Part shown: one piece after another, positions 36,219-45,420 of the stretch
How positions within the stretch are numbered: position 1 is the first letter of the stretch
How the letters are laid out: each line of letters begins with the position of its first letter
Assembly (NCBI GenBank): GCA_035703525.1
Contig: DASSYA010000017.1
Location: forward strand, 171,304-235,303
Length of the DNA: 64,000 nucleotides
Source of the DNA: Gemmatimonadales bacterium
GTDB taxonomy: Bacteria > Gemmatimonadota > Gemmatimonadetes > Gemmatimonadales > GWC2-71-9
Reading direction: 5' to 3'
Notes under the pieces: model-generated
The model's database searches: none
Told to the model about the DNA's origin: nothing
Seen by the model: only the letters and a program-made list of their open reading frames with translations
Translations under genes and position numbers: made by a program

Positions 36219-39200
36219 GCGAGCTCCCGGGAGGTGGCTGGCTCCACCGCCAGCGTCGCGCGATCCATCTCGCCATCGCGGTACTGAGCGCGGCCGGCAT
36301 CTGGGCGGCGCTTCATACACCGTCGGCGATCTATCCCGAGCTCGAGTTCTCGCGCATCACGATTGTCGCCGACGCCTCGGCGCTCGGGGTCCGGCAGGTG
36401 CTCTTCGGGGTCACTCGGCCGATCGAGGAGGCGGTCACCGTGGTGCCTGGCGTGACCCGGGTCGAGTCGCGGGCGATTCGCGGGGGCAGCGAGACCACCG
36501 TCTCGTTCGCCCCGAAGACCGACATGCCGGTGGCACTCCAGCAGGTCCAGGCGCGCGTCAATCAGATCCAGGGCGACCTGCCGCTCGGAACCACGCTGCA
36601 GGTCGAGCGCCTGACGCCGTCGCTCTTCCCGATCCTCTCGTACAACCTCGAGGGAGGCGACCCGGCAGCGCTGCTCGACATCGCACGCTACCAGTTGCGC
36701 CCCCTCTTCTCCCGAGTCCCCGGTGTCGCCCGGGTCGACGTGATGGGGAGCGTGCAACGGGAAATCGAGGTCGTCGCCGATCCGATGCGCCTGGCTGCCC
36801 GCGGCATGACGTGGGAGGATCTGGCCACGGCGATTCGCGGCGCGAGCACCGTTACCGCGCTCGGCCCCTTGCCGACCTCGTACCGGCAGTACCTGCTCCT
36901 TGGCGGTCGGGAAGTCCACTCGGCCGACGAAGTGGCCGCCCTGCCGATCTCACCTGTGCTGCGAGTGCGGGATGTCGCCGATGTCCGGATCGGCACGACC
37001 GACCGGACGCTGCTGGTGACCGGCGGCGGCGCCCCTGCGGCGTTCATCACCGTGAGTCGGCAAGTCGGCGGCAACACACTGGCCATCGCCGACAGCATCG
37101 CCGGCACCGCCCGCACTCTCGCAGCCGAGCTGCCGCCCGGCGTCCGGCTCGTGCCGGTCTACGATCAGGCCATGCTGGTCCGTGACGCGATCCGATCGGT
37201 CCGCGACGCCATGCTCATCGGGGCGGTCCTCGCGGTGCTCGTGCTCTTTGCCTTTCTTCGTGATCTCCGCGTCACGGCCATTTCCGCGGCGGTGATTCCA
37301 CTCACGATGGCCATCACGACCCTCGTGATGGTACTGCTCGGACAGTCGTTCAACCTGATGACGCTCGGCGCGATGGCCGTGGCCATCGGCCTGGTGATCG
37401 ACGACGCCGTTGTGGTCACCGAGAACATCGTGCGGCATGTCCGCCAGACCCCGGACCGCTTCCGTGCCGTCGCCGACGCGGTGCGTGAGCTGCGCTGGCC
37501 CGTGACCACCTCGACGCTCACCACCATCGTGGTGTTCCTCCCGCTCGGCCTGCTCGGTGGCGTGGAAGGCCAGTTCTTCCGGACACTCGGCTTGACGCTC
37601 TCGGTCGCGGTCGTGGTCTCCCTCGTGCTGGCGTTCACGATCATTCCATTGCTCGCAACCAGCGTGCTGCGCACCCCGGCCCGATCCGCGGACCCGGAAG
37701 ACGCTTCGACCGACAATCCGCTCGCGTCGCGGTATGCCAGCCTGATCGACACACTGCTCGACCGACCGCGCCTGGCATGGTTGGCCGCCCTCCTGCTGTT
37801 GATCGCCGCGGGACTGATGTACCGCACGGTCGGCACCGGCTTCCTCCCCGAGATCGATGAGGGGGCCTTCGTGCTCGACTACTTCACGCCGGGGGGGACC
37901 GCGCTCCCCGAGACGGATCGACAGCTCCGCGTCGTCGAGCAGATCCTGCTGCACACACCCGAGGTCGAGGCCTTCTCCCGACGCACCGGTGCAGAACTGG
38001 GCCTGTTTGCGACGGGCCAGAACACCGGCGATTTCATCGTGCGTCTCCGACCGATGAACCAGCGCAGTCGGACCACGGCGGAGGTGATCGACGGGGTGCG
38101 ACAGCAGATCGAATCGGCAACCCCCCAGCTGAAGATCGAATTCGTGCAGATCCTCACTGATGTCATCAATGATCTGGCTGGTGTCCACAACCCGGTGGAA
38201 CTGAAGCTGTTCGGCCCCGACCTGCACCAGCTCGAGGCCTACGCCGACACCCTGACCGCGCATCTCGAGCCAGTCGCGGGCCTGGTGGACCTGTACAGCG
38301 GCGTGAGCGAGCCGGCAGCGGAGATGGCACTGGACGTCGACCCGATCGCGATCCGGCGTGCCGGTCTGGCGCCCGGCGAGGTCGAGCAACAGGTACGGGG
38401 CGCGCTCATGGGCGTCCCGGCCGGTGCTGTCCTGCTCGATGACCGCGCCATCGAGATCCGGGTCCGCGCACCGGATGCCGTCCGGTTCGACCCGACGGCA
38501 CTCGCGGTGTTGCCGATCCTGGCGCCCGCCAGCCCGACCGCCCTGCCCCTCAATGCCCTGGCCTCGATGCAACCCGAACTCGTTCGTGGCGAGCTGCGGC
38601 GCGAGGACCAGCAACAGATGCTCACGCTTACCGGCGATCTCGGCGGGCGGGCGCTTGGGGCCGTCATGACCGACGTCCGCACCGTGCTGGCGGCGACACC
38701 GCCACCGCACGGCATCCAGGTGCGGATCGCCGGCCAGGATGCGGGGCAACGCGCCGCATTTCGCGCGCTGCTCGCCGTCCTGTTGCTGGCCAGTGTCTCG
38801 GTGGTCGCGGTGATGGTCGTGCAGTTCCGGTCGTTCGCCGAACCGCTGATCATCCTGCTCGCGGCGCCACTCTCCGTGAGCGGGGCGCTTGGCGCACTGT
38901 GGTTGACCGGAACGGTGCTCAATGTCTCGAGCGTGATGGGGATGATTTTCCTGGTCGGGCTCGTCGTCAAGAACGGCATCATCCTGCTCGAGTTCGCCGA
39001 TGCGGAGATGCGCGCGGGCGTCCCGATCCGGATCGCGATCGGCGAGGCCGCGCGCGTCCGGCTCCGGCCGATTCTCATGACCACGCTCTGCACCCTGTTT
39101 GGCCTGCTGCCGCTCGCACTCGGGCTCGGTCCCGGCAGTGACATGCAACGCCCGCTCGCCCTTGCGGTCCTTGGCGGGCTGGCCCTCTCGACCCCCATCA

Positions 39201-39277
39201 CATTGTTCCTGGTGCCCGTGCTGTTCTACACCGTCCGCCGTCACGCGGATGCGTCTTCACCCAACAGGAGTACCTGA
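36215..39277 (+). CDS. efflux RND transporter permease (AcrB/CusA/CzcA superfamily)
   Basis: 1020 aa with 12-TM topology and two large periplasmic loops. TM4 motif AIGLVIDDAVVVTEN. Substrate class not assignable by eye. Confidence 0.88.
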   Translation: MSELPGGGWLHRQRRAIHLAIAVLSAAGIWAALHTPSAIYPELEFSRITIVADASALGVRQVLFGVTRPIEEAVTVVPGVTRVESRAIRGGSETTVSFAPKTDMPVALQQVQARVNQIQGDLPLGTTLQVERLTPSLFPILSYNLEGGDPAALLDIARYQLRPLFSRVPGVARVDVMGSVQREIEVVADPMRLAARGMTWEDLATAIRGASTVTALGPLPTSYRQYLLLGGREVHSADEVAALPISPVLRVRDVADVRIGTTDRTLLVTGGGAPAAFITVSRQVGGNTLAIADSIAGTARTLAAELPPGVRLVPVYDQAMLVRDAIRSVRDAMLIGAVLAVLVLFAFLRDLRVTAISAAVIPLTMAITTLVMVLLGQSFNLMTLGAMAVAIGLVIDDAVVVTENIVRHVRQTPDRFRAVADAVRELRWPVTTSTLTTIVVFLPLGLLGGVEGQFFRTLGLTLSVAVVVSLVLAFTIIPLLATSVLRTPARSADPEDASTDNPLASRYASLIDTLLDRPRLAWLAALLLLIAAGLMYRTVGTGFLPEIDEGAFVLDYFTPGGTALPETDRQLRVVEQILLHTPEVEAFSRRTGAELGLFATGQNTGDFIVRLRPMNQRSRTTAEVIDGVRQQIESATPQLKIEFVQILTDVINDLAGVHNPVELKLFGPDLHQLEAYADTLTAHLEPVAGLVDLYSGVSEPAAEMALDVDPIAIRRAGLAPGEVEQQVRGALMGVPAGAVLLDDRAIEIRVRAPDAVRFDPTALAVLPILAPASPTALPLNALASMQPELVRGELRREDQQQMLTLTGDLGGRALGAVMTDVRTVLAATPPPHGIQVRIAGQDAGQRAAFRALLAVLLLASVSVVAVMVVQFRSFAEPLIILLAAPLSVSGALGALWLTGTVLNVSSVMGMIFLVGLVVKNGIILLEFADAEMRAGVPIRIAIGEAARVRLRPILMTTLCTLFGLLPLALGLGPGSDMQRPLALAVLGGLALSTPITLFLVPVLFYTVRRHADASSPNRST

Positions 39278-39279
39278 TC

Positions 39280-39753
39280 ATGATGTCCACACCGCGCAAG
39301 ATGCTGAGTGCCCTCATCCTGACCCTGGCGATCGGGGCCATGGTCACGGCATGCACCAAGGACGCCGAGAGCGATGAGGCAAATGAAGGGGCGATGACCG
39401 CCGGCCAGACGACCGCCACGGCCGAGAAGGAGACCGGCGAGGCCAACGAGGGAGCGGAGGGCAATGAGGCCGCCGAGGAAAGCGCCGAGGCGCTCGCCAA
39501 GGAAGCGAAGATCGCGGAGGCCGATGCCCGGAAGACTGCGCTCGCCCAGGTGCCGGGGGGCATGGTCGAGGCGTTCGAGCTGGAGCGTGAGGGCGGCAAG
39601 CTGCTCTACAGCTACGACATCAAGACGACCGGCAAGTCGGGGATCGACGAGGTCCAGATCGACGCACTGACTGGCGCCCTGCTCTCCAACAAGCATGAGA
39701 CGCCGGCGGATGAGGCCAAGGAGGCCGCAGAGGACGCGGCCGCCAAGACCTGA
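39280..39753 (+). CDS. PepSY-domain lipoprotein with acidic Glu/Ala-rich linker
   Basis: Lipobox (AMVTAC), a low-complexity E/A-rich segment, and a C-terminal PepSY-like fold sequence (ALAQVPGGMVEAFELEREGGKLLYSYDIKT...IDALTGALL). Confidence 0.65.
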   Translation: MMSTPRKMLSALILTLAIGAMVTACTKDAESDEANEGAMTAGQTTATAEKETGEANEGAEGNEAAEESAEALAKEAKIAEADARKTALAQVPGGMVEAFELEREGGKLLYSYDIKTTGKSGIDEVQIDALTGALLSNKHETPADEAKEAAEDAAAKT

Positions 39754-39762
39754 TCCGAGCCG

Positions 39763-39978
39763 TCAGTTCTTCGACTTCATGCCTCCAACCAGCAGCCCGG
39801 CACCAAGGATGATCGCGCCGATCCCAGCCCACATCGGGATCGGCCGCTCCTTGTCGGCCGAGATCTGGACGGCGCCGATGTCGACGATCTTTTCGCGCGT
39901 GGTGAGGGAGCCACCGTTGATGGTGACCCATCCTCCGGCGAGGATGAGCAGGATACCAATGATTGCGACGGGCTTCAT
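39763..39978 (-). CDS. small two-TM membrane protein (DUF3185-like)
   Basis: 71 aa: MKPVAIIGILLILAGGWVTINGG...MWAGIGAIILGAGLLVGGM. GGAG precedes ATG 39978. The rest of the 433-aa track ORF is antisense to glgP and is rejected. Confidence 0.55.
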   Translation of the reverse strand: MKPVAIIGILLILAGGWVTINGGSLTTREKIVDIGAVQISADKERPIPMWAGIGAIILGAGLLVGGMKSKN

Positions 39979-40089
39979 GGCGTACTCCGTGGAGAGGGAC
40001 GGGCAGCGCGGGGACAGGTGATCATGCGTCAGGACGTCCCAACCGGCCCACGGTGACACGCCGGGGCCGGGTCCCACTAGGTTTGTGGC

Positions 40090-42267
40090 ATGGACCTTTT
40101 TGATCTTCAGCGCGCCAAGATCCCTGCCCTCCCGGCCCGGATCGAGGGCTTGGCCGCCCTTGCCTGTAACCTCGCCTGGAGCTGGCACCGCCAGTCCCGA
40201 GCCATCTTCCGACGCGTCGACCCGGTCATCTGGCGACGATCCGCCCACAACCCGATCACGTTGCTCCGAGAGGTCACGCCCGCTCGGCTCGAGGCGTTGC
40301 TCCACGACAATGACTTCCTGGCCCACTACGACGAGGTCATGTCGTGGTTCACGGTCGAACGCACTGCCGAAGGTGGCTGGTTCCGGGATCAGTGGCCGGA
40401 TCTGGGCACGGACCGCCCGGTCGCCTATTTCTGCGCGGAGTTCGGTCTCCACGCGTCGGTCCCGATCTATTCGGGCGGCCTGGGTGTGCTTGCCGGTGAT
40501 CACTGCAAGACGGCGTCGGACCTCGCGGTGCCGTTCGTCGGGGTCGGCCTCTTCTACAAGAAGGGCTACTTCGATCAGCAGGTGAGCCCGGTCGGGTGGC
40601 AGGAAGACGGGGACGACGAAGTGGATCCGATCCTCACGCCACTGGTCCGGATTCCCGGTGCGGATGGAGCCGCATGGGTCACGGTGCTCGAGACCTTCGG
40701 TCGTCCGGTACACATCGCGGTCTGGACCATGACGGTCGGGCGTGCACCGATCTACCTGCTCGATACCGACCTCGAGGAGAATGCCCCTGAGGATCGCGGG
40801 CTCACGAGCAAGCTCTATTCCGGCGGGCTTCCGATGCGACTCCGCCAGGAATGGGTGCTGGGTGTCGGGGGCACCCAGGTGCTCGCCGCGCTCGGCGTGA
40901 CGCCCGGTGCATGGCACGCGAACGAGGGGCATGCCGCCTTCATGATGCTCGAACGCGTGCGGCAGCGCGTGATGGCCGGCGTCGAATTCGATGCGGCCGT
41001 CAGCGAGGTCCGGCGCACCACCCTGTTCACCACTCACACGCCGGTCCCCGCGGGGCACGATCACTTCAATCTCGAGAGCGTGATCGAGTGCGCCGGGGCC
41101 GCCTGGCTGGCGAGTTTCGGTATCGGCCTCGACCGGGTGCTGTCACTCGGGGTCCATGCGGCCCGGGGCCTTGATCAGTTTCACATGACCGTGCTCGCGA
41201 TCCGCTGCGCCGGGCATGTGAACGGGGTGGCCCAGCGACATGGGATCGTCTCGCGGGAGATCTGGGGCGACCTCTGGCACAACCGCGCCCCCGAGCAGGT
41301 CCCGATCGGTGCGGTGACCAACGGCGTGCACCTGCCGACCTGGATGGCCAATCCGATCAAGCGCCTGCTCGATCGACATCTGGGTCGCGGCTGGGTCGCG
41401 CGGCGCGATGAGGCAGAGACGTGGGATGCCGTGCTCGGGCTCGACTCGCACATGCTGTGGGCCGAACACCAGGCGCTGAAGCAGGCACTGCTCCACCATG
41501 TGCGCGAGGATGCCCGGCGACGCTGGGGCGAGACGTGGACCGAAGCCGCCCAGGTCGTGGCGAGCGGCACGCTGCTCGACCCGAACGTGCTCACGATCGG
41601 CTTCGCGCGCCGGTTCGCGACCTACAAGCGCGCGGACCTGCTCTTCCGCGATACCGAACGCCTCCGGCGCATGCTCACCGACCAGCAGCAACCGGTTCAA
41701 CTGGTACTGGCCGGCAAGGCGCACCCGCAGGACAACCCCGGCAAGGAAGTGCTCCAGGCGATCCACTACTTCACGCGGGACCCGATGTTCGAGGGCCGGG
41801 TGGCGTTCCTGGAGGACTATGACATGCACCTCGCGCACCTGCTGGTCCAGGGCGTCGACCTCTGGCTCAATGTGCCACGGGTGCCGCTGGAGGCCAGCGG
41901 CACCAGTGGCATGAAGGCCGCCCTCAACGGGGTGCCGCACCTCTCGACCCTTGACGGCTGGTGGGAGGAGGGGGCGTCGGGTCGGAATGGCTGGACCATC
42001 CCGCGATCGATGGCCGCCACCGAGGAGGAGGTCGATGCCGAGGATGCCGAGGCGTTGTATCGGATCCTCGAGCAGGAAGTGATCCCGATGTGGTATCATC
42101 GAGATGACGATGGGGTGCCCCAGGGCTGGGTGATGCGCATGAAGGAATCGATCCGCGTCGCCGGCAAGCAGTTCGCGGCCCGCCGGATGCTCCAGGATTA
42201 CGCTCGGCAGTACTATGCACCGATCCTGAGGGGGGACCCCTTCACCGACGATCCACCGACAGGCTGA
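40090..42267 (+). CDS. glgP: alpha-glucan (glycogen/maltodextrin) phosphorylase, GT35
   Basis: 725 aa. N-terminal DUF3417-like region and PLP-lysine region EASGTSGMKAALNG. Confidence 0.9.
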   Translation: MDLFDLQRAKIPALPARIEGLAALACNLAWSWHRQSRAIFRRVDPVIWRRSAHNPITLLREVTPARLEALLHDNDFLAHYDEVMSWFTVERTAEGGWFRDQWPDLGTDRPVAYFCAEFGLHASVPIYSGGLGVLAGDHCKTASDLAVPFVGVGLFYKKGYFDQQVSPVGWQEDGDDEVDPILTPLVRIPGADGAAWVTVLETFGRPVHIAVWTMTVGRAPIYLLDTDLEENAPEDRGLTSKLYSGGLPMRLRQEWVLGVGGTQVLAALGVTPGAWHANEGHAAFMMLERVRQRVMAGVEFDAAVSEVRRTTLFTTHTPVPAGHDHFNLESVIECAGAAWLASFGIGLDRVLSLGVHAARGLDQFHMTVLAIRCAGHVNGVAQRHGIVSREIWGDLWHNRAPEQVPIGAVTNGVHLPTWMANPIKRLLDRHLGRGWVARRDEAETWDAVLGLDSHMLWAEHQALKQALLHHVREDARRRWGETWTEAAQVVASGTLLDPNVLTIGFARRFATYKRADLLFRDTERLRRMLTDQQQPVQLVLAGKAHPQDNPGKEVLQAIHYFTRDPMFEGRVAFLEDYDMHLAHLLVQGVDLWLNVPRVPLEASGTSGMKAALNGVPHLSTLDGWWEEGASGRNGWTIPRSMAATEEEVDAEDAEALYRILEQEVIPMWYHRDDDGVPQGWVMRMKESIRVAGKQFAARRMLQDYARQYYAPILRGDPFTDDPPTG

Positions 42268-42272
42268 CCGAC

Positions 42273-43769
42273 ATGCCCGCGCCCGCGCCCGTCCCGCTCC
42301 CACCCATCGATGGCTCGACGCCAACGATCGTGCACCTGAGCGCGGAATACTACCCGTACGCGCGGACGGGGGGCCTCGCCGAGGCCGCATGGGGACTCCA
42401 TCGCCTGCAGCATGGCCGCGGACGACCGACGGCTGCCATCGTGCCGCTGTTTCGCACGGTCCGCAAGCACCTGCGCGATGCGGTGCCCGTGGGCGAGCCG
42501 ATGACACTGCGCTTCGGGACACGGACCGAGTCGTTTCAGCTCTGGCACGATCGCGATCCCGCCTCCGGGACGCCAAGCTGGTTCATCCAGCACGACGGAC
42601 TCTTCGATCGCGAGGGCATCTACGGCGAGGGGGGGGACTACCCGGACAACCACTTCCGGTTCGCGGCCTTCGCAGCCGCCGCAATCGCATTCCTGCCACG
42701 CGTGACCACGGGACCCGTGGTGTTGCACGCGCACGACTGGCACGCCGCACTCGCCCCGGTCTACCTGCGCACCTGGTTCCGCGGCAACCCGTGGTTCGAT
42801 CGGATCCCGGTGGTCCTGTCGGTCCACAATGGCGGCTATCAGGGCCACTTCGGTCCCGAGGTGATCCCCGAGATCGGGCTGCCGTGGGAGCTGTTCCGCT
42901 TCGACAAGCTCGAGTGGCACGGCCAGACGAACCTGCTCAAGGGCGGGTTGACGCACTGTGACATCGCGACCACGGTCTCGCCGACCCATTCGACCGAGTT
43001 GCGCACGACGGCTGGCGGATTCGGTCTGCAGGACGTCTTCTCGTGGATGGGTGATCGATTCACGGGCGTCCTGAACGGGATCGATCAGGCGGAATGGAGC
43101 CCGCTCCGGGACGACCACACGGCAGCGCACTACGGTCCGGGCGACCTTGCCGGGAAGGCCGCCTGCAAGGCCGACCTGCAACGCCGGTTCGGCTTGGCCG
43201 AGCGGACCGATGTCCCGGTGATTGCGCTGGCCGGCCGGCTGGTGACCCAGAAGGGACTCGACCTGGTCGTCGACAATGCCAATCTCTTCGCCCTCCCCGC
43301 GCAGTTCGTCTTCCTCGGGAGCGGCGAGCGGAAGTTCGAGTCGGCCATCAAGGCTCGCCGTGACGCCGAGCCCGACCGCATCGGCATCGACACCACGTTC
43401 TCGGACGAGCGCGAGCATCAACTCATGGCTGGCGCCGACCTCTTCCTGATGCCGTCACAGTACGAACCGTGCGGCCTCACGCAGATGCGAGCCCAGCGCT
43501 ACGGGACGATCCCCGTGGCACGGCGTGTCGGTGGTCTCGCTGACACCATCGACGACGGCATCACCGGTTTCCTCTTCGATGCCTACGACGAACGGGCGCT
43601 CGCTGGCGGGATGTGGCGCGCCCTGACGGAGCAGGGTGCGACCGAGCAGTGGCGCGAGATGCAGGACACGGGGATGCAGCGTGACTTCGGCTGGGAGCGC
43701 GTGGCCGAGACCTACGCGACGATCTACAGCCGCGCGATCGCGCGTCGTGCCGGATTGGTCGGATCGTGA
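42273..43769 (+). CDS. glgA: glycogen synthase, GT5
   Basis: N-terminal AEYYPYARTGGLAEA (KTGGL-type motif) and C-terminal PSQYEPCGLTQM and ARRVGGLADT. Confidence 0.9.
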   Translation: MPAPAPVPLPPIDGSTPTIVHLSAEYYPYARTGGLAEAAWGLHRLQHGRGRPTAAIVPLFRTVRKHLRDAVPVGEPMTLRFGTRTESFQLWHDRDPASGTPSWFIQHDGLFDREGIYGEGGDYPDNHFRFAAFAAAAIAFLPRVTTGPVVLHAHDWHAALAPVYLRTWFRGNPWFDRIPVVLSVHNGGYQGHFGPEVIPEIGLPWELFRFDKLEWHGQTNLLKGGLTHCDIATTVSPTHSTELRTTAGGFGLQDVFSWMGDRFTGVLNGIDQAEWSPLRDDHTAAHYGPGDLAGKAACKADLQRRFGLAERTDVPVIALAGRLVTQKGLDLVVDNANLFALPAQFVFLGSGERKFESAIKARRDAEPDRIGIDTTFSDEREHQLMAGADLFLMPSQYEPCGLTQMRAQRYGTIPVARRVGGLADTIDDGITGFLFDAYDERALAGGMWRALTEQGATEQWREMQDTGMQRDFGWERVAETYATIYSRAIARRAGLVGS

Positions 43770-45415
43770 TGCGCTTCACCCTGATCCTGCACTCGCACAT
43801 GCCCTGGGTCCTGCACCACGGCCGCTGGCCGCATGGCAGTGACTGGCTGACCGAGGCAGCACTTGACACCTACCTCCCGCTCCTCGCCTGGCTCGAACGC
43901 GCCGAGGCGGAGGAGGCACCGGTGGCGCTGACACTCGGGGTGACGCCGATCCTCGCGGCACAGCTTGCGCATCCGTCGTTCCGGACCGACCTCGATGCCT
44001 ACTTCGCCCACCGCTTCGAGACACTGGACGAATCGGAAGCGTCGCTGAAGACGACCGGCGATGACGAGCTGATCCCGTTGGTGCCGTTCTGGCATGCACA
44101 CCTCACGCGCCTCTGCGAGCTGTGGCACCGGATCGACCGGGACATCGTGGGTGCGCTCCGCCACCATGCGGCCACGGGACGGATCGAACTGATCTCCTCG
44201 GCGGCGACCCATGGATTCCTGCCGCTGCTCGCCCGTGACGAGTCCATCCGCTTTCAACTGCTGCTCGGGCGCGCCGAGCACCTGCGGCATTTCGGGGTGC
44301 TCCCGAAGGGATGCTGGGTTCCGGAATGTGCATACCGGCCGGCCGGAGCCTGGCAGCCATGGCACAGCGCGAAGTGGGTGGCCCACCGCGTGGGGACCGA
44401 ATCGCACCTGCGCTACGCCGGGTTCCGATGGTTCGTGGTCGACGCGCACCTGGCTCGCGCCGGTGCGGCCTGGGAACTCTACGAGTCGCAGGCGACGCGG
44501 CCACTCGATGACGAGGCTGACGTCTCGCCCTACCGGAGCTTCGAGGTGGGGCATCGGCCACCCCGCACCCGCCCGGTCGATGTCGTGATCCGTGACCCCG
44601 AGACGACGGCCCAGGTCTGGAGCCGTCACGGTGGCTATCCCGGGGATTCACGCTACCTGGAGTTCCACAAGATCCGCTATCCCGGTGGCCTCAAGCTCTG
44701 GCGGGTGACCGATCCTTCGGCCGACCTCGGCGAGAAGGCCCCCTATGATCCGGCCGCAGCACGCGATGCCGCGGCCCAGCACGCCCGGCACTTCCGGGAG
44801 GTCTTGCACCGGATTGCGGCGCGCGCCACCGAGTCGGACACAGCCGTCGTGGCGCCATTCGACACCGAGTTGTTCGGGCACTGGTGGTTCGAGGGAATCG
44901 ACTTCCTCGCCGACCTCTACGCCCAACTCGACGAAGCCGGCAACGTGACGCCCGCCACTGGCAGCGCCCTCCTGACCGACGAGCCACCGGAGGCGGTGAT
45001 CGAGCTGGAAGCCGGTTCCTGGGGCGCCAACGGCGACTTCTCCAAGTGGCTCAACGACGAGACAGCGTGGACCTGGGAACGCCTCTGGCCACTCGAGGAA
45101 CGGTTCTGGAACGCCGTGCCGTCCGCGGTCGAGGAAGCCCATCTCGCCTCGATCGTCGAGCAGGCGGCCCGCGAACTCCTGCTGGCCCAGTCATCGGACT
45201 GGCAGTTCATCATCTCCACCGGGGCGGCCGGGGACTACGCTACCAAGCGATTCGTCGAACACTGCGATGCACTCGAGGCCCTGCTTCCCGCGATCGAGGG
45301 ATGGGGCGACGTGGTGCATGCCAGATACCTCGCCCAGGAATACAAGCGGGTGGATGATCCCTTCCCCTCGCTCCTCGGTGCGCTCGCCGCCGCATCCGAC
45401 CTTCCCGCCGCCTAG
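43766..45415 (+). CDS. GH57 family 1,4-alpha-glucan branching enzyme-like protein (DUF1957 type)
   Basis: N-terminus FTLILHSHMPWV, nucleophile region GCWVPECAY and acid/base region PFDTELFGHWWFEG. Overlaps the glgA stop. Confidence 0.8.
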   Translation: MMRFTLILHSHMPWVLHHGRWPHGSDWLTEAALDTYLPLLAWLERAEAEEAPVALTLGVTPILAAQLAHPSFRTDLDAYFAHRFETLDESEASLKTTGDDELIPLVPFWHAHLTRLCELWHRIDRDIVGALRHHAATGRIELISSAATHGFLPLLARDESIRFQLLLGRAEHLRHFGVLPKGCWVPECAYRPAGAWQPWHSAKWVAHRVGTESHLRYAGFRWFVVDAHLARAGAAWELYESQATRPLDDEADVSPYRSFEVGHRPPRTRPVDVVIRDPETTAQVWSRHGGYPGDSRYLEFHKIRYPGGLKLWRVTDPSADLGEKAPYDPAAARDAAAQHARHFREVLHRIAARATESDTAVVAPFDTELFGHWWFEGIDFLADLYAQLDEAGNVTPATGSALLTDEPPEAVIELEAGSWGANGDFSKWLNDETAWTWERLWPLEERFWNAVPSAVEEAHLASIVEQAARELLLAQSSDWQFIISTGAAGDYATKRFVEHCDALEALLPAIEGWGDVVHARYLAQEYKRVDDPFPSLLGALAAASDLPAA

Positions 45416-45420
45416 GACCG

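Noticed and set aside
36215-39277. Calling the RND pump cusA/czcA on the strength of its copper-gene neighbours.
   Set aside because: The TM4 motif looks AcrB-like rather than CusA- or CzcA-like from memory, and I cannot align the CusA methionine triad by eye. The call is left at superfamily level with no gene symbol.
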